Source of the DNA: Podarcis pityusensis
Lineage: Eukaryota
DNA length: 64,000 nt
Assembly: GCA_964106645.2 (NCBI GenBank)
Contig: OZ067043.1
Reading direction: 5' to 3' (one strand)
A program made the translations under genes and the position numbers. The notes beneath the pieces are model-generated. The model was not told where the DNA came from. It did not search any database and saw only the letters and a program-made list of their open reading frames with translations. This document shows positions 25,840-39,235 of this stretch, piece by piece (position 1 is the stretch's first letter; each line of letters starts with the position of its first letter).

Positions 25840-27471
25840 ACTAAAACCAATTCATTGTGGAGTGCTTCCCCTTACTCCACCCCACCTTCCAGTACCAGCC
25901 CTTTCACCCTCACTTTTTAAGCGCTACTAAGGATAGCAAGGGGAAGGAGTAAGGGGTGGACCAGTTTGGAGAAGTGGATGCAGCAACCTCAAGACTTGCC
26001 AAGCAGCAAGGGTAGTTAAATGGATCTAAGCGGCCTCAAGTCAATACTCTCAACCTGTCATTAATTTTAGCAGCACAGAATCGGGTTCAGGATGTCTTTT
26101 TGCCTTTGTTTACTCTTGTCAATCTGCCTTGACACTGCTAGCCTTCCTTACCCTTGGCTTTTTCTTCCTTTTCTTTTTTCTTTTCGGTCTGCATGCAGTT
26201 CGAAGGTATCTATTCATCTCAATTATTTAACAATGTGTAAAATTACAAACACGTTCAGCGGCAATATGTTCCTCTTGCGTAAACCTCTCCGCTTGGCCAC
26301 ATGCATAATGAAAACCCTGTTGAGCCCATAATAAAATCCAGAAATCTTTCAAGTCTCAGAACTGAATGTTCAGATGTTGTTGCTCGCTTCCTTTTCTAAC
26401 CAGACAGCAGGAGCTGCCAAGAGACTTTCTGGGCGTTCAGCCCCTTTCCATATTAATATAGGCGTGTATATATTTATAGCACTTTACCAGAGTAGCCGAG
26501 GACCAGATCAGATGTTGATTGTTTTCAACCTAATTAGTTATATACGTATGTGATTTCCCCCTAATTTATATGCACACATATTCTCTGTCTCTGTCTTTCT
26601 CTATCTGTCTGTCTCTGTCTCTCTGTCACACACATATACACAAATGTGTATGCACACATGTGAATGTATCCTCTACCTTCAAAGATGATGAAGTAAAAAG
26701 AAAACAAGCAGCTCAGTTCATCGATAAACAGTGTATTAAAATTTCACTTTTCATAAAAAGTTATGGGGGCCATCTTGCTAAACATTGCCTTCATTCACAT
26801 GGTCAGATGCCCGTTCTGCTAACAGAGCGCGTGCAGCTTGCAAATGAGCAAACCATTCACTTTTCACATGGTTTGTTGAACTCGGTAGGCTGCTGTAAGA
26901 ACACTTTCCACAACACAGCGGCATGCTCTTACGAGCACAAATATATTAACATTATTTCCTTTTCCTGAATCAGCTGTTTATAGTTCCTCAAGAAGTCAGC
27001 ACTGAAAGCAGTTAGGCTGTTTCTTCGTTTTACCTTCTTGCCATTCCAACGTGGTCAAAAGCGTGTGTGTGTGTGTGTGTGATAGCTGCAAATTGGACCT
27101 ACACCCAGGAGCAATTGCAGCTCATTACTCAGATTGCACAGAGTGCCAACAATTGCCTTAAAAAAAAGGCAATCAAATATGCACACACATAACAAGCCTA
27201 TCTTAAAAACAAACAAACCCTCACAACCTTTTTTTGAGGCTGTTTTCTGAGGCTGAGCTATCGCCAGCACTTGTGTCATTGCAAGGAGGAAGATTCTGCG
27301 CAAGAGCATGAACTAGTCCCTTTGCTCTTTCTAGGAGTCCAGTGCTCGCTTTGTCTACACGTAATAAGACACAAATCCCTTTGCTTCAAAAGAAAAGGGT
27401 GTGTGTATGTAACAGACCTGCGCTAACAACATCACTATAGGTAATACAATATTTAGAAGGGACAACAAATA

Positions 27472-27708
27472 CAGTCATACCTCAGGTTGAGCGTGTTTGA
27501 GTTGCTCTCCACGCGCATTACTCAGAGCGCATTACTTCGGGTTTTGCCGCTTGCGCATGTGCAGATGCTCAAAATGACATTCCACACATGCGCAGAAGTG
27601 GCGAAAAGCGACGTGTGTGCGCACAGAAGTGCCGTCACTAGTTACATTTGCTTCTAGATACGAACGGGGCTCCGGAATGGATCCCATTCGTATCCAGAGG
27701 TACCACTG
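27472..27708. mobile_element. Tc1/mariner MITE
   Basis: TA|CAGTCATACCTC...GAGGTACCACTG|TA. Confidence 0.7.
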
Positions 27709-27966
27709 TATTTAGAAGGGACTGCAACAAATGATACCTAAACACACTGTTTTTAATTTCATGATACAATCTTGAAAATATTGATTACTGGACTTTTTAA
27801 AATAGCACTGGGAATCTTGTGTCACATATAGCGAACGTGTAAATGGTGCATTACTTATACCCCTGCATGTAGTCACTTAAGCAAACAAACCAGGCTGGTA
27901 TAGATCCTTTGGCTTGTGCTGTCAACGAAGTGTGGCTGTGTACAGTACTGTACACTGTGTACTGTA

Positions 27967-28180
27967 CAGTGGTACCTTGGGTTACAAATGCTTCGGGTTA
28001 CAAACTCCGCTAACCTGGAAGTAGTATCTCAGGCTGCGAACTTTGCCCCAGGCTGAGAATGGAAATCACGCGTCATCGTCAGGAGGCCCCATTAGCAAAA
28101 GTGCGCCTCAGGTTAAGAACGGTTTCAGGTTAAGAACGGACCTCTGGAATGAATTAGGTTTGTAACCCGAGGTACCACTG
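27967..28180. mobile_element. Tc1/mariner MITE
   Basis: TA|CAGTGGTACCTTGGGTTACAAA...TTTGTAACCCGAGGTACCACTG|TA; reverse orientation of the 13436 family. Confidence 0.8.
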
Positions 28181-29064
28181 TACAGGCATGAAGGTGAGGA
28201 CCTTACCTTGTGAAGAAAGTACAAACATAGTCTAAGATAATCCTAAACACACTTATCTGGGAGCAAGCCCCTTTATGTTCAATAGGTAAACATGGTAAGG
28301 TGTGTGTATTAATTTTTAAAAAATATTTAAATTACTATTAAAACAATAGTTTATTCAAATCAAATTTATGCTCTAGTGTTAAGGACTAAGGCCTTAATCT
28401 CTGCAGTTATATTGGACTAAAATGAATAATATGAGAAGCATGATTCTTCTTTGCTCTTTCTTCTGTCTGCTTTTTCATTTATGCTAAAAGACGTGTTTTA
28501 TTTTTACAAGGATGAAATAGACTTGACAGATGCTACAGCAAAAGATGCTTCACGAGAGCAGGGAAAGTCCAAATAAAGGGAAGGACAAATATTCCAGAGT
28601 TCGAAATGACACAGAAGACAAGAAGTGAAGTTCAGTTTGAAGGCTTTCCCCCCCACACTTCAGCTCAGCGCTTCACCAAAAAGTCTCAGAGAAGTTGGAT
28701 GCCAGAAAGATTGCAAATGACACGACAAAGTGGATTTCTCTATTGGATTTCTTTTAAAACACTGATTTGTATCAGAGTCGGAGAGAATGTTCAACCTCTC
28801 TTGTCTCTAAGTCCCAACAAGCAATAGAGCTACGCTTTATTTGTATTATTATTTTATTATCCAGTTGAAGACCCGCAGCATTTTGCTAAGATATTTGTGG
28901 AGCGTATGTGTGGGGAGAGGAGAACTTCCCAATAACCAACTTCGAAAATGAGACAATCCTTTTGAACTTGTATATTGCTCAGGCCTGGGAAGGAAGACCT
29001 ACTCTGGGTGTAGATATGGCTGTACGGGCGCCATTTTGGAGGGGGAAATGACCACACTCTAAGG

Positions 29065-29202
29065 CCCAGCCTTTCTCAATCTTGGGTCCCTGGATGTTTT
29101 TGGCCTACAACTCCCATCATCCCTAGCTAGCAAAGCCAGAGGTCAGGGATGATGGGAGTTGTAGACCAACAACATCTGGGAACCCAAGGTTGAGAAACAC
29201 TG
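29065..29202. mobile_element. hAT (Charlie-like) palindromic MITE
   Basis: Long inverted repeat with CTACAACTCCCATCATCCCT / AGGGATGATGGGAGTTGTAG core. Confidence 0.75.
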
Positions 29203-29647
29203 CGTCTAAGCCAAGAACCACAGGAAAGCTTTAAAATGGAAAGCTACAACACACACACACTTCAGATTATTCCTCAAAACAACTGAATGCCAATCTTATC
29301 ACCACAGGCCAGACGGTTGCTGCCGCCATGCCAACTTCCAGGAGTAGGCTGGCTCTCTAAGACCATTCCAAGGTGGCAAACCTACTCCTTGGACTCTGTG
29401 TCCCACTCGTAAAATAGAAACCATCGTGACTGACCACACAGAGCTCTTTTGTGGACAGATGTAAAGCCCTGTTTGGCAGTGACATCTAAGCAGCGCTAGT
29501 GATCCTGCCTCCCTGAAGAGCATCAGAGGCTGTGATTCTCTCTTTGGCTGCCACTGGGCCCTAAGAAATAAAGCCCCTCACATTTCAAATAGGGGGCGGG
29601 ATATTTCAGGGAAGTGGGGAGGAAGTTTTCAGCATTATTTAAAAGGG

Positions 29648-29872
29648 GGTCATTCCATGCCAAATCACTTGATTTTAATAGTCGACTGTGCTCTCACGAC
29701 TCAGATTTTCCTCAAAATTTTAAAAATATTCTCCTGCGCCCAATTTTGGACCAAAAAATCTTAAAATATTATTTTGAGCTTATCTCATAGGTATCTACAC
29801 ATAATAATTTTTTTGGAAGAAAATCTGAGTCGTGAGAGCACATGGCACCAGGTGATTTGGTGTGGAATGACC
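29648..29872. mobile_element. Fold-back MITE (possibly PIF/Harbinger-like)
   Basis: GGTCATTCCATGCCAAATCAC / GTGATTTGGTGTGGAATGACC termini plus inner inverted repeat TGTGCTCTCACGACTCAGATTTTC. Confidence 0.6.
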
Positions 29873-31383
29873 AAAGGAGCACTTTGCTGTACCTCATACT
29901 ATAGCAATGTTATCAACACAGGCCAAAAGGTCTCCGTTTTATGAAGCAATGGAAAGTGTGCCTTTGGCATGCGTACTTAGCACATATTGCTTTTTATTTG
30001 CATACTGTTTATTACAGTAGTCAATCAGAGTGCAGAATGAGAGACATAGATGCCCCTTGCCCTCCCTAAATGATACCCATGGCTGGAGGGTGGGCCCTTT
30101 TTGCTTGTGTTTGTGAGAAGACAGCAAGTGCCTAGTCGTTTACTTATTGCCCTCACAGCGGGCATCCATTCATGCATAGTTCCACCCTCTCTGAATCTTA
30201 GCCTGTAATATAATCGCCTGGAGCAAAGCATCACCAACCTATATGGAGACTGTGAGCGAAATAAATCAGAAACATGAATGGACAGCAGGCAGGAGGACCA
30301 CAGAGAGGAAGACAAAACATGGGGATCCGTAGAGCTCTAGGGAAAGATTGCAGTGGCGCCAGTAGGGTACAAAACATTGAGGAGCCAAGGAAAGAAAAGC
30401 ATCTTCTAAGCCTCTTTTATATATAATCTGTTGGTGGATGGCATTTTCAGTTGGGCTTTTGTCACCCCTGACGCTGGTATTTGTGAATTGCTGGATTCTG
30501 AGAGGAGTTGTAGGAGGATACACTCTTAAAGGATTAAGTGGAAGATAATGGAAGGAAAAAGAAAAGTTTGGATGAGAAATGCCCTGTTTTGCAGTTCTAC
30601 TTTAAACAGGTCACGAAACCGTAACTTGACTCACAGTAAAAAATAGGGCAATCAAATATTTTGAAACAAATATACTCTGAAGTTTCCATCACAGTAAGGA
30701 TAAACAATTATCAGTCCATCCCTAGTGGAGAGTTGAAGACTTGCTCCACACTCTCCCTTTTTGTTCATCCTAGCTTTAGAACCATTAGCTACATCAAGGG
30801 AGCCCAAATTGGAAAACAAAACTACACGACCAGGCTATTTGCTGATGATTTAATGATTTTGACACCTGGCCTGCCAAACACGGAAGCAGCAATACTTCGA
30901 TTGCTCAGCAACTTTGCAACATTACCAGGTGTTCAAGTTAGCTTCTCAAAATCTGGAGCTTTATGCTTCAGTGTACCACCTAAGATCCAAGAAGTATTCG
31001 CAGAACTCGCAGGCGTTAGACTCTGTCACACATAGTTTAAGATACTTAAGAAGAATTATCACAAGAAACCTTAACATGCTCTATTCACTATCCCCCTGTA
31101 TGGCAAACAATTCTAAGAAAATTGAAGGGGGGAAATGGAGCAAACCCTCCCAGGCAGATCAGCAATGGTAAAAGTGAGGGTCTTATCAAAATTGCTGTTT
31201 CTAGTCCAATCACTCCCAACTTGGATTCCACTCAAACAGATATGAAAGTGGCAGAAATGTGGGTCCGCCCCCCTGCAAAAGACCCAGAATAAATGCCAAA
31301 CTTCTGTACCTCCTCACAGTGTAAGGAGGCTGGGTCATCCCAAAACTGAAGCTATATTTTATTGCTAACCAAGTAAGATGTAA

Positions 31384-31742
31384 AAAGGTAAAGGTAAAGG
31401 GACCCGTGACCATTAGGTCCAGTCGTGACCAACTCTGGGGTTGCGACGCTCATCTCGCTTTATTGGCCGAGGGAGCCGGCATACAGCTTCCGGGTCATGT
31501 GGCCAGCATGACTAAGCCGCCTCTGGAGAACCAGAGCAGCACACGGAAATGCCGTTTACCTTCCCGCAGGAGTGGTACCTATTTATCTACTTGCATTTTG
31601 ACATGCTTTCGAACTGCTAGGTTGGGCAGGAGCAGGGACCGAGCAACAGGAGCTCACCCCGCCGTGGGGATTCGAACCGCCAACCTTCTGATCAGCAAAT
31701 CCTAGGTTCTGTGGTTTAACCCACAGCGCCACCCGCATCCCT
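31384..31742 (-). mobile_element. Sauria SINE
   Basis: Full length; 12-bp TSD AAGTAAGATGTA. Confidence 0.9.
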
Positions 31743-31774
31743 AAGTAAGATGTACCATCCCTTTTATTTTAGAT

Positions 31775-32094
31775 CAGGCATGTCCAACTCCCAAGAGATT
31801 GCTATATACTCTCAGTATAAAAAAACTGAAAGTGATCTACCCATTGTCATTGGAGGGAGGAGGAGCATGCGTGGGGATTGCCCAGAGTTGTTGAGCTTTT
31901 CGGGGAGGACTCAGAGTGGTCTACCTTTTTGGGGGGAGGGGGGAGGATTGCCCAGACTTCTTGAGATTTTTTTAGGGTAGAGGGCCCACAGTTGTTCAGC
32001 TTTCTTTGGGGAAGGATCAATAAGGATCCCGTGATGTATCAGGATCACAAGGGGATCTACCAGTAGATCGCGATCCACCTGTTGTACATGCCTG
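31775..32094. mobile_element. hAT MITE
   Basis: CAGGCATGTCCAAC...GTTGTACATGCCTG TIR; 8-bp TSD TTTTAGAT. Confidence 0.85.
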
Positions 32095-35000
32095 TTTTAG
32101 ATGATGCTACAAAACAATTGGAAAGAGAACCGAGCGAGGAAATTCCAACCTCCGCATATCCCTTCTTAAAGCAAAAAATTTAAAACTGGCCTAAAAAATT
32201 GAAAACGAATTCATACAACCCATGCTTAATACTTGGAAACAGAAGGCAGGAATCCTAACTACAGCCCATGGACACCCATCTGCTCCCACAACACTTCATG
32301 ACAATCTGATACGACCAGATGGAGGGTCTATTTATTTGTATCGTTTGCTATTCCTATGATCCTTGTTTACAAAATCCAGTGAAAAGTTATTCGAGGGGGG
32401 AAAGGGCAAGCAACTGATAAGTGGTGTGTCAGCTCAGATGGCCAACAGTATATCCTTTCAGATGGAATTACTAAAGTAGAAGAAAGGGGGGGGGGGAGAG
32501 AGAAATATCCTATAGCAGAGCTATGTGTCTCCAAAAAAGGGGGGGTCATTAAAATTTGGCAGTTTCTCAGAAGAACAATGTGCTGCACTCATGTGTTCAG
32601 TATGTGGTACTATTACTAATCTGCTGCGATTCAGGATGCATAAGAGTCAAAATTGCAAACAGTATCATCCTGAGAGTTCAAAATGTTAAATAAAAAAAAG
32701 AGAGGAGAGAAAAAACTCTCAGTAAAAGGAAGGCATGGTACTTGAGGATGTAGCTGACTCCAACTGGCAAATTCTTTGCCATCCCATCTTCCGAGTCCTA
32801 GAAATACAGTTGACCTCGGCTAATAAATTTCCCTAAAACCTAGACATACTCTTGGCCTTAATCCCAAATTCACATAAGAAGCCATTTCATAGGCAAGAGT
32901 CTTATTTATACTTACTTGACTCCTGTAATATTTTATCTGAGGTGGCACTTTCAGCAAACCCCCACTACTGAATGAACTGCCTCTTTCACTTTAAAGTTTT
33001 TTTGGGGGGTTGTTTTTTTAAAAAGCTAATCTAGTAAAATCCCATAAATACCAGGAGGCTTTAGTTCCCTACATTCAGATGGGAAAAAGACTGAGGAGAA
33101 ACCACATTAGCATTAAAATAATGGTAGCATCCAGACGGAGGCTGACAAAGCATTCATTTTTTACATCTCCTGTCATCATGCCAGCTGTCCCTGACTCTAT
33201 CGAGATGCAGAACCTTCCAAAAGAATGAGAAATTCGGGGAAGAGGAAACTGCTAAGTCCGAAAGATTACAGACACACTTTTTTCCCCAGCTTCAGAAGGC
33301 CTGGTCCCCATCTCTACCCTCAACTGTACTCCAGCCTACAACCTCGCCACCAATATTAATTATTTTCTATCCTATTTCATGAGGAATGTATTTGTAACAT
33401 TTTAACCTGCAATGCAAACTAGTCAAGTATCTATATAATCCAAAGATTGCCCCTACTACTTTTGCTTTATGGCTGGTAAGAGATCTAATAAATAGTATTC
33501 CAGCAATTAAATTAAATAATAATCGGTGTCTCCCCTCACCCAAAGCCACCCCACTAGCAAACACACTGTTCTCGGTGGCTCTTTCCACGTGACACAGTTC
33601 AATATGGCCCCCTAAGCATTGCATTCTGTAAGAAGTTGGCCCTTTTCCACAGAAATAGATATAACGGAACTCCCCTATCCAAATCTCTTGGATGTATGGA
33701 CTTTTGTTACACGTATTCGGTGTGAAGAAAACAAAGGATCATAGGCTCGCTGCTGTGTGGAGGTAAGGAAAATGTGAGTCAGACAACAAAATGAATATCC
33801 ACATGGCTCTGAGTTTGTAGGAGTCCAGTATATAGAAGGCTGTGTATCAGGCCAAAGCATCAACTTGGAATCTGAAAGCCATCAATCATAGTGGGCTGAC
33901 CTGCAAATCACAACTGGTGATGGACCTGGGAATTGGGGATGGGGATTGGGGGAGAAGGTCAAGAGCAAAGCTCAGTAAGCTGCAGAGTTGGAGGGATAGA
34001 GATGGAGGAGTACCCACATCCTCTAGCATTCAACTTAGTGCTTACTAAGCAGGTATGTAAGTAGTGCTGAATTTACTAAGTAGTGCTTATGGAGTAGGGC
34101 TTAATGGAATTAAGACTATAAAGATTTGTTACCATTCTGCTGGTTCAAGTCGTACAAAGCTCAAGTGGTGTTCATGTGAACCACAATGACACGTGATTCG
34201 GTCCAATGATGTCCCCTTATACCTGTGCATTACTTTTCAAAATGGCACCAACACTGACCACTCCCTCGCCATTGAAGAGTTTAAATCTTTAATCTATTCC
34301 GGCGTTTGAGTGTTACTGTTCTTGAATGATTCAGCTCAACGCTGGTTGCAGGGCAACGGGAAACATTCAAGGTGCCTTGAAATCAATGGGAAGAACAAAG
34401 ACGCTTATTTCCTCTATAGGGGAGTGATTATTCTGTGGTAGCAGAAGACAATCCACAGGGTTTTCTGGGGACAGCTGAAAGTTAGCCACACTTCTACCTA
34501 GCTTGCTCCTTTACCCCCATCATTCCGGTGGTTATGCAGGTATGCAGGAATAATATTTGGACATTAGCTCTGTGCTCCATTAAGTTTAAGGGTTGCTATT
34601 CTGACTGCCTCCTACACAGGATATGTTAAGGAGACAGAGAGGAATTTCCTCTTACTGCATCCTCGATCCAGCCCTTCTGAACACTATTGCACCTACTCTA
34701 ACAACATTCTAGCCTTTTCTCTTGTGTCAACAGTTCAAGCTTCATATATAGGACTGAGTTGCTATTTTTCTTAAAAGGAAGCTTTTCCACCAGCTAATAT
34801 TAACAGCAATGTTTTCCCGAATTAAGGAAGAAGAAGAAGAAAGTCAATGGAACCATTTTATATTTTTAAAACATTCCCCTCCAGAGCCCACAAGCCAAAC
34901 AGTACAGCATTGTGCTAGCACATGGAACCGGCTATAAACAGACTGTCTGCCTTTGCTGTTAAGGTGAGAAAAGTCAGCATAAAAGGTGGACAAGGAAATC

Positions 35001-37688
35001 TGTACGTTACACATTTGCTGTTTACAAGGCATATGTTGAAAAAGTTTTGCCAGTAGAAGATGACGACTTTTTTTTCAATCTGGGATCATTCCCTTGCCAT
35101 TGCAGAGCCCAGGATTCTATATCCAACATGTTCTGAAAATGCAAACCCTTCCTAATTTAAGTTATGTCAGTTACCACCAGGTACAGACAGTATTTACTTA
35201 TCTCCCCATTACCTGGCATGAAAGGGCAATATCACTTCTCATGCTGCCATCAGTTCTCCATACACCACAAAGTGCTGTATTCCAGCAAGGGAGATTGCTG
35301 GAACAGCAAACACCCTACAATTAAAAAGAGAGGTAGGCAAAAAGACAGTGCTGGAGGTGAAGAAGCAAAACTGAAAGAAAGGTCAAAAGTGTAATGGCAT
35401 ATAAAAGTCAACTGCTCTACAGGCGGGTAGCTTTGCGTCAATTCATAATTTTATTGTATACCTAACAGACGCAGGAGCTGGATTTTTACTGTTTGCTGGA
35501 GGAAATACTTGTCAGTAAGTATCCTGGATAATTTAATGTTCTGGCACGATGTTAACACTTCACACTAGGAATCTCGGCTTCTCTAACTATATTAAATAAC
35601 TATGTTAATGCAGTATTTGAAGGTGCTTCCTGGCACACTCTTTACCTTATGCCAGGAATGGGGAACTGGTGAACCCCCAAATGTTATCGGATTGCAATGT
35701 CTACTGTTCCTGACAACTGGCCTTGCTTCTTGGAGTTGATGGGAGTTGAGAGTCCAGAAAACATCTAGAGGCCACAGGTTCTGCATCTCTACCATGTGCT
35801 ATTGACAATACTGATAAGAAAAAACAACACCTTTCCGAAACAACACAAAAAATGCCCATGGAACATGGCCATGCTTTCTTTCCATTACCATCGGCGGTGG
35901 CATATGTACCGACAAACATTTCTACCACAGTCTTACTGCACTTCCTGCTTATGCGTCCCAGAGCTATTATGAAAGTGTCTAGACATGTCCAAATATGTAG
36001 AATCCAGTCTCTTTTCTGTGATCCTAGGGAAACTGCTTAGCACTTTATGGTATAATCTAGGAAGCCAGATGCGGCCAGGAATCCCTCACAGGGAAACCAC
36101 CGTTGACGTTGCCACGATAAAACAAAAAAGGCTCCTTAAGCAAGCACCGCGAATGCATGGATTTTACGTCACCAGTATAAAAGCCGGTCATCTTCCACAA
36201 TTAAAGATGTAGTTACACCCCACAAGCTGCATAACATGGAAATGTACTTTTATTCCCAGGGATGTGTGATCTACACTGCTTTAAAATTCTGGCTGGCTCA
36301 ACAGGACATCCTTTGCTGAAGTTGGCTTGGGCTGACAAAGCAGGATGTCAAAGTAAGAATTATGCATTGCACATGCCGCTATAGAATCGCAGAACTGTAG
36401 GGTTGGAAGGGACAGGGGTCGAGGTTGTTTTTTGGAGAGCACCGTTCCAAACCTTGCTCTTCTCTTTCCTAAAATCTGTTTCTAGTCTCATGGAGAAATA
36501 AAAGAATTACGAAATTTCACTCCTCCCACCGGCCCAAACCCATCACTCCACTCCGTTTAGATGAACCAGGAACATCAGGTATGAAATAACATCAAGTTTT
36601 GGAAACCAGTTGTGCTAAGAGGTTAGCTTCACATGCCACCATTTGCTTTATTCACAAGCGTGTAATATTGGGGTGGGCAGGTCCTTGTGCATTCCTAAAT
36701 AGAAACGCTGTGTCAACCATCACTCTTAAAGCACATGCATGATTTCTTGGCTGCCAGCAAGTCTTCCCTATCGGTAGGAAAAGATGACATCGTGTCTGCT
36801 TACATTTTCTCGTTCTCAAAGGCTTTTCCTCCCAGGAACACAAAGCTGCCTAAATGTGGAGGTCCCATGACATTGTAAATGCCCACTCTTCCGCAGGAAG
36901 GCCTTATCTCCAAGAGCAATGCCATGCGTGGCTAAGGATGCACAGGATGCCAAACAGAAACTGATATAGACGACTTTGCAAGGAAAAAGAACAGAGAGTG
37001 ACTGTCGATAATTTCCTGGAGCGAAAAGACTTCCAGCCACGATGAGACACGATGGGGTCCCTCATCCCGAAGCACCAAGTGGTGACTTGCATGTGTGAAT
37101 GTGACATCAGTAAGCAAATGACACAGAATAAACACTCATATCATCTCACCAGCATCTGACACGCTCAGCGAATTTCAGTGGGCTCAGTTCATGAAGGAAG
37201 AAAAGTCAAGAGATTGCTGTGCATTTGTGACCTACAGATTTTGCACATTATATATGACTTGGAAGAGAATGCAGCTGTGCAGCTAACACAGTCACCTGCT
37301 TCTCACACAACATCCAAAAGGGAATTCTTGCCTCTCTCCCGTAGTAAAATGTGTGCACTGGGCACCAGATGTGACTACTGGGCATGTATCTCACTGTGAG
37401 CAAGAGGGACTTCGGTACATCGAACTCCGTTAAGATTTAATGCAGAATGTTTTCTGCTTATAGTACAGTAATGCATGTAGAAGTTTGCATTTTTATTATT
37501 ATTATTTCAGAGTCAGATCACAGTTATCTGCATTCCAAAAGTGAGAGGGCTTTAATCTTTTAAAGGACTGTGAATGTTAGCATAAATTTATGGAACTCAT
37601 TGCAACAGGATGTAGTATCAGCCATTTGTTTTAACTTTGCAAGGCAATTAGACAAATGGATGGAGGCGGGGAAGCTGAGAAGCAACTA

Positions 37689-37946
37689 CAGTGGTACCTC
37701 AGGTTAAGTACTTAATTCGTTCCGGGGGTCCGTTCTTAACCTGAAACTGTTCTTAACCTGAAGCACCACTTTAGCTAATGGGGCCTCCTGCTGCCGTAGC
37801 GCCACCGGAGCACGATTTCTGTTCTCATCCTGAAGCAAAGTTCTTAACCTGAAGCACTATTTCTGGGTTGGCGGAGTGTGTAACCTGAAGCATATGTAAC
37901 CTGAAGCGTATGTAACCTGAAGCGTATGTAACCCGAGGTACCACTG
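37689..37946. mobile_element. Tc1/mariner MITE
   Basis: TA|CAGTGGTACCTCAGGTT...AACCCGAGGTACCACTG|TA. Confidence 0.85.
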
Positions 37947-38050
37947 TACAGAGGGTACAGAGGAACTGAGCCCACAGCCAGTAGGGGGATGAACTATGAT
38001 ATTTATTTATTTAGTTAGTTAGTTGATAGGCCCCCTGGAAAGGAAGGTAA

Positions 38051-38391
38051 GGTAAAGGTAAAGGGACCCCTGACCATTAGGTCCAGTTGTGGCCGACTCT
38101 GGGGTTGCAGCGCTCATCTCGGTTTATCGGCCAAGGGAGCCGGCTTCCGGGTCATGTGGCCAGCATGACTAAGCCGCTTCTGGCGAACCAGAGCAGCACA
38201 CGGAAACGTCGTTTACCTTCCCGCCAGAGCGGTACCTATTTATCTACTTGCACTTTGACGTGCTTTCGAACTGCTAGGTTGGCAGGAGCAGGGACCGAGC
38301 AACGGGAGCTCACCCCGTCACCGAACCGCTGACCTTCTGATCGGCAAGCCCTAGCCTCTGTGGTTTAACCCACAGCGCCACCCGCGTCCCT
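38051..38391 (-). mobile_element. Sauria SINE
   Basis: 14-bp TSD GGAAAGGAAGGTAA. Confidence 0.9.
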
Positions 38392-38658
38392 CGGAAAGGA
38401 AGGTAATGAAGCATAAAATACAAGCTTCTAAGTGATTTCTGCTTCAGTCTGTGATGGGAGAAGCTGCACTGACAGCAACATCCCCTTTCTTTTTGAAATA
38501 AGGTTACTCCAAAAAAAAAAAGTGATATGTGCAACTCCTTCCAAAACGTTTGGTGAACTCATTGCCCGTATCAAAAGAAATATGACAAATTAACAGACAC
38601 AGTCATAAGTGACATCCAGTTTTGTGCGAGTGGACTTCCGTTTGCATAATGGGACTTA

Positions 38659-38938
38659 ATAGCTCATTCAGTAGAGAATGAGACTCTTCATCTCAGGATC
38701 ATGGGTACGAGCCCCATGTTGGACAAGAGATTCCTGGACTGCAGGGGGTTGGACTAGATCAGTGTTTCCCAAACTTGGGTCTCCAGATGTTTTTGGACTA
38801 CAATTCCCATCACCCCTGACCACTGGTCTTGCTAGCTAGGGGTGATAGGAGTTGTAGTCCAAAAAGAGTTGGAGACCCAAGTTTGGGAACCAGGGACTAG
38901 ATGAACCTCAGGGTCCCTTCCAACTCTTATGATTCTAT
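38659..38938 (+). mobile_element. tRNA-Lys-derived SINE interrupted by a hAT MITE
   Basis: ATAGCTCATTCAGTAGAG...GAGACTCTT head; tail GTCCCTTCCAACTCTTATGATTCTAT. Confidence 0.75.
38760..38894. mobile_element. hAT (Charlie-like) palindromic MITE
   Basis: CAGTGTTTCCCAAACTTGGGTCTCC / GGAGACCCAAGTTTGGGAA; 8-bp TSD GACTAGAT. Confidence 0.85.
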
Positions 38939-38990
38939 AATTCCCTTTGCCTCTTTCCCCTGCGCTTAAACTCTGCTGCTGGGGACAATA

Positions 38991-39235
38991 CAGTGGTACC
39001 TCTGGTTACGAACTTAATTTGTTCCGGAGGTCTGTTCTTAAGCTGAAACCGTTCATAACCCAAGGTGCGCTTTCGCTAATAGCACCTCCCGCTGCTGCTG
39101 CCGTGCTGCCGGCGTGCGACTTCCGCTCACATCCCGGGGCAAAGTTCGCAACCGGGAGCATCTACTTCTGGGTTAGCGGAGCTCGTAACCTGCAGCGTTC
39201 GCAAGGAGGACGGGACGTAACACGAGGTTCCACTG
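38991..39235. mobile_element. Tc1/mariner MITE
   Basis: TA|CAGTGGTACCTC...GAGGTTCCACTG|TA. Confidence 0.8.

Larger units (their letters stand above)
30640..32330 (+). mobile_element. Decayed L1/Tx1-clade LINE ORF2 fragment with two nested insertions
   Basis: Translation VRINN...IKGAQIG...LFADDLMI...SFSKS resembles the L1-type RT around the catalytic (Y/F)ADD motif; frameshifted; right boundary approximate. Confidence 0.65.
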
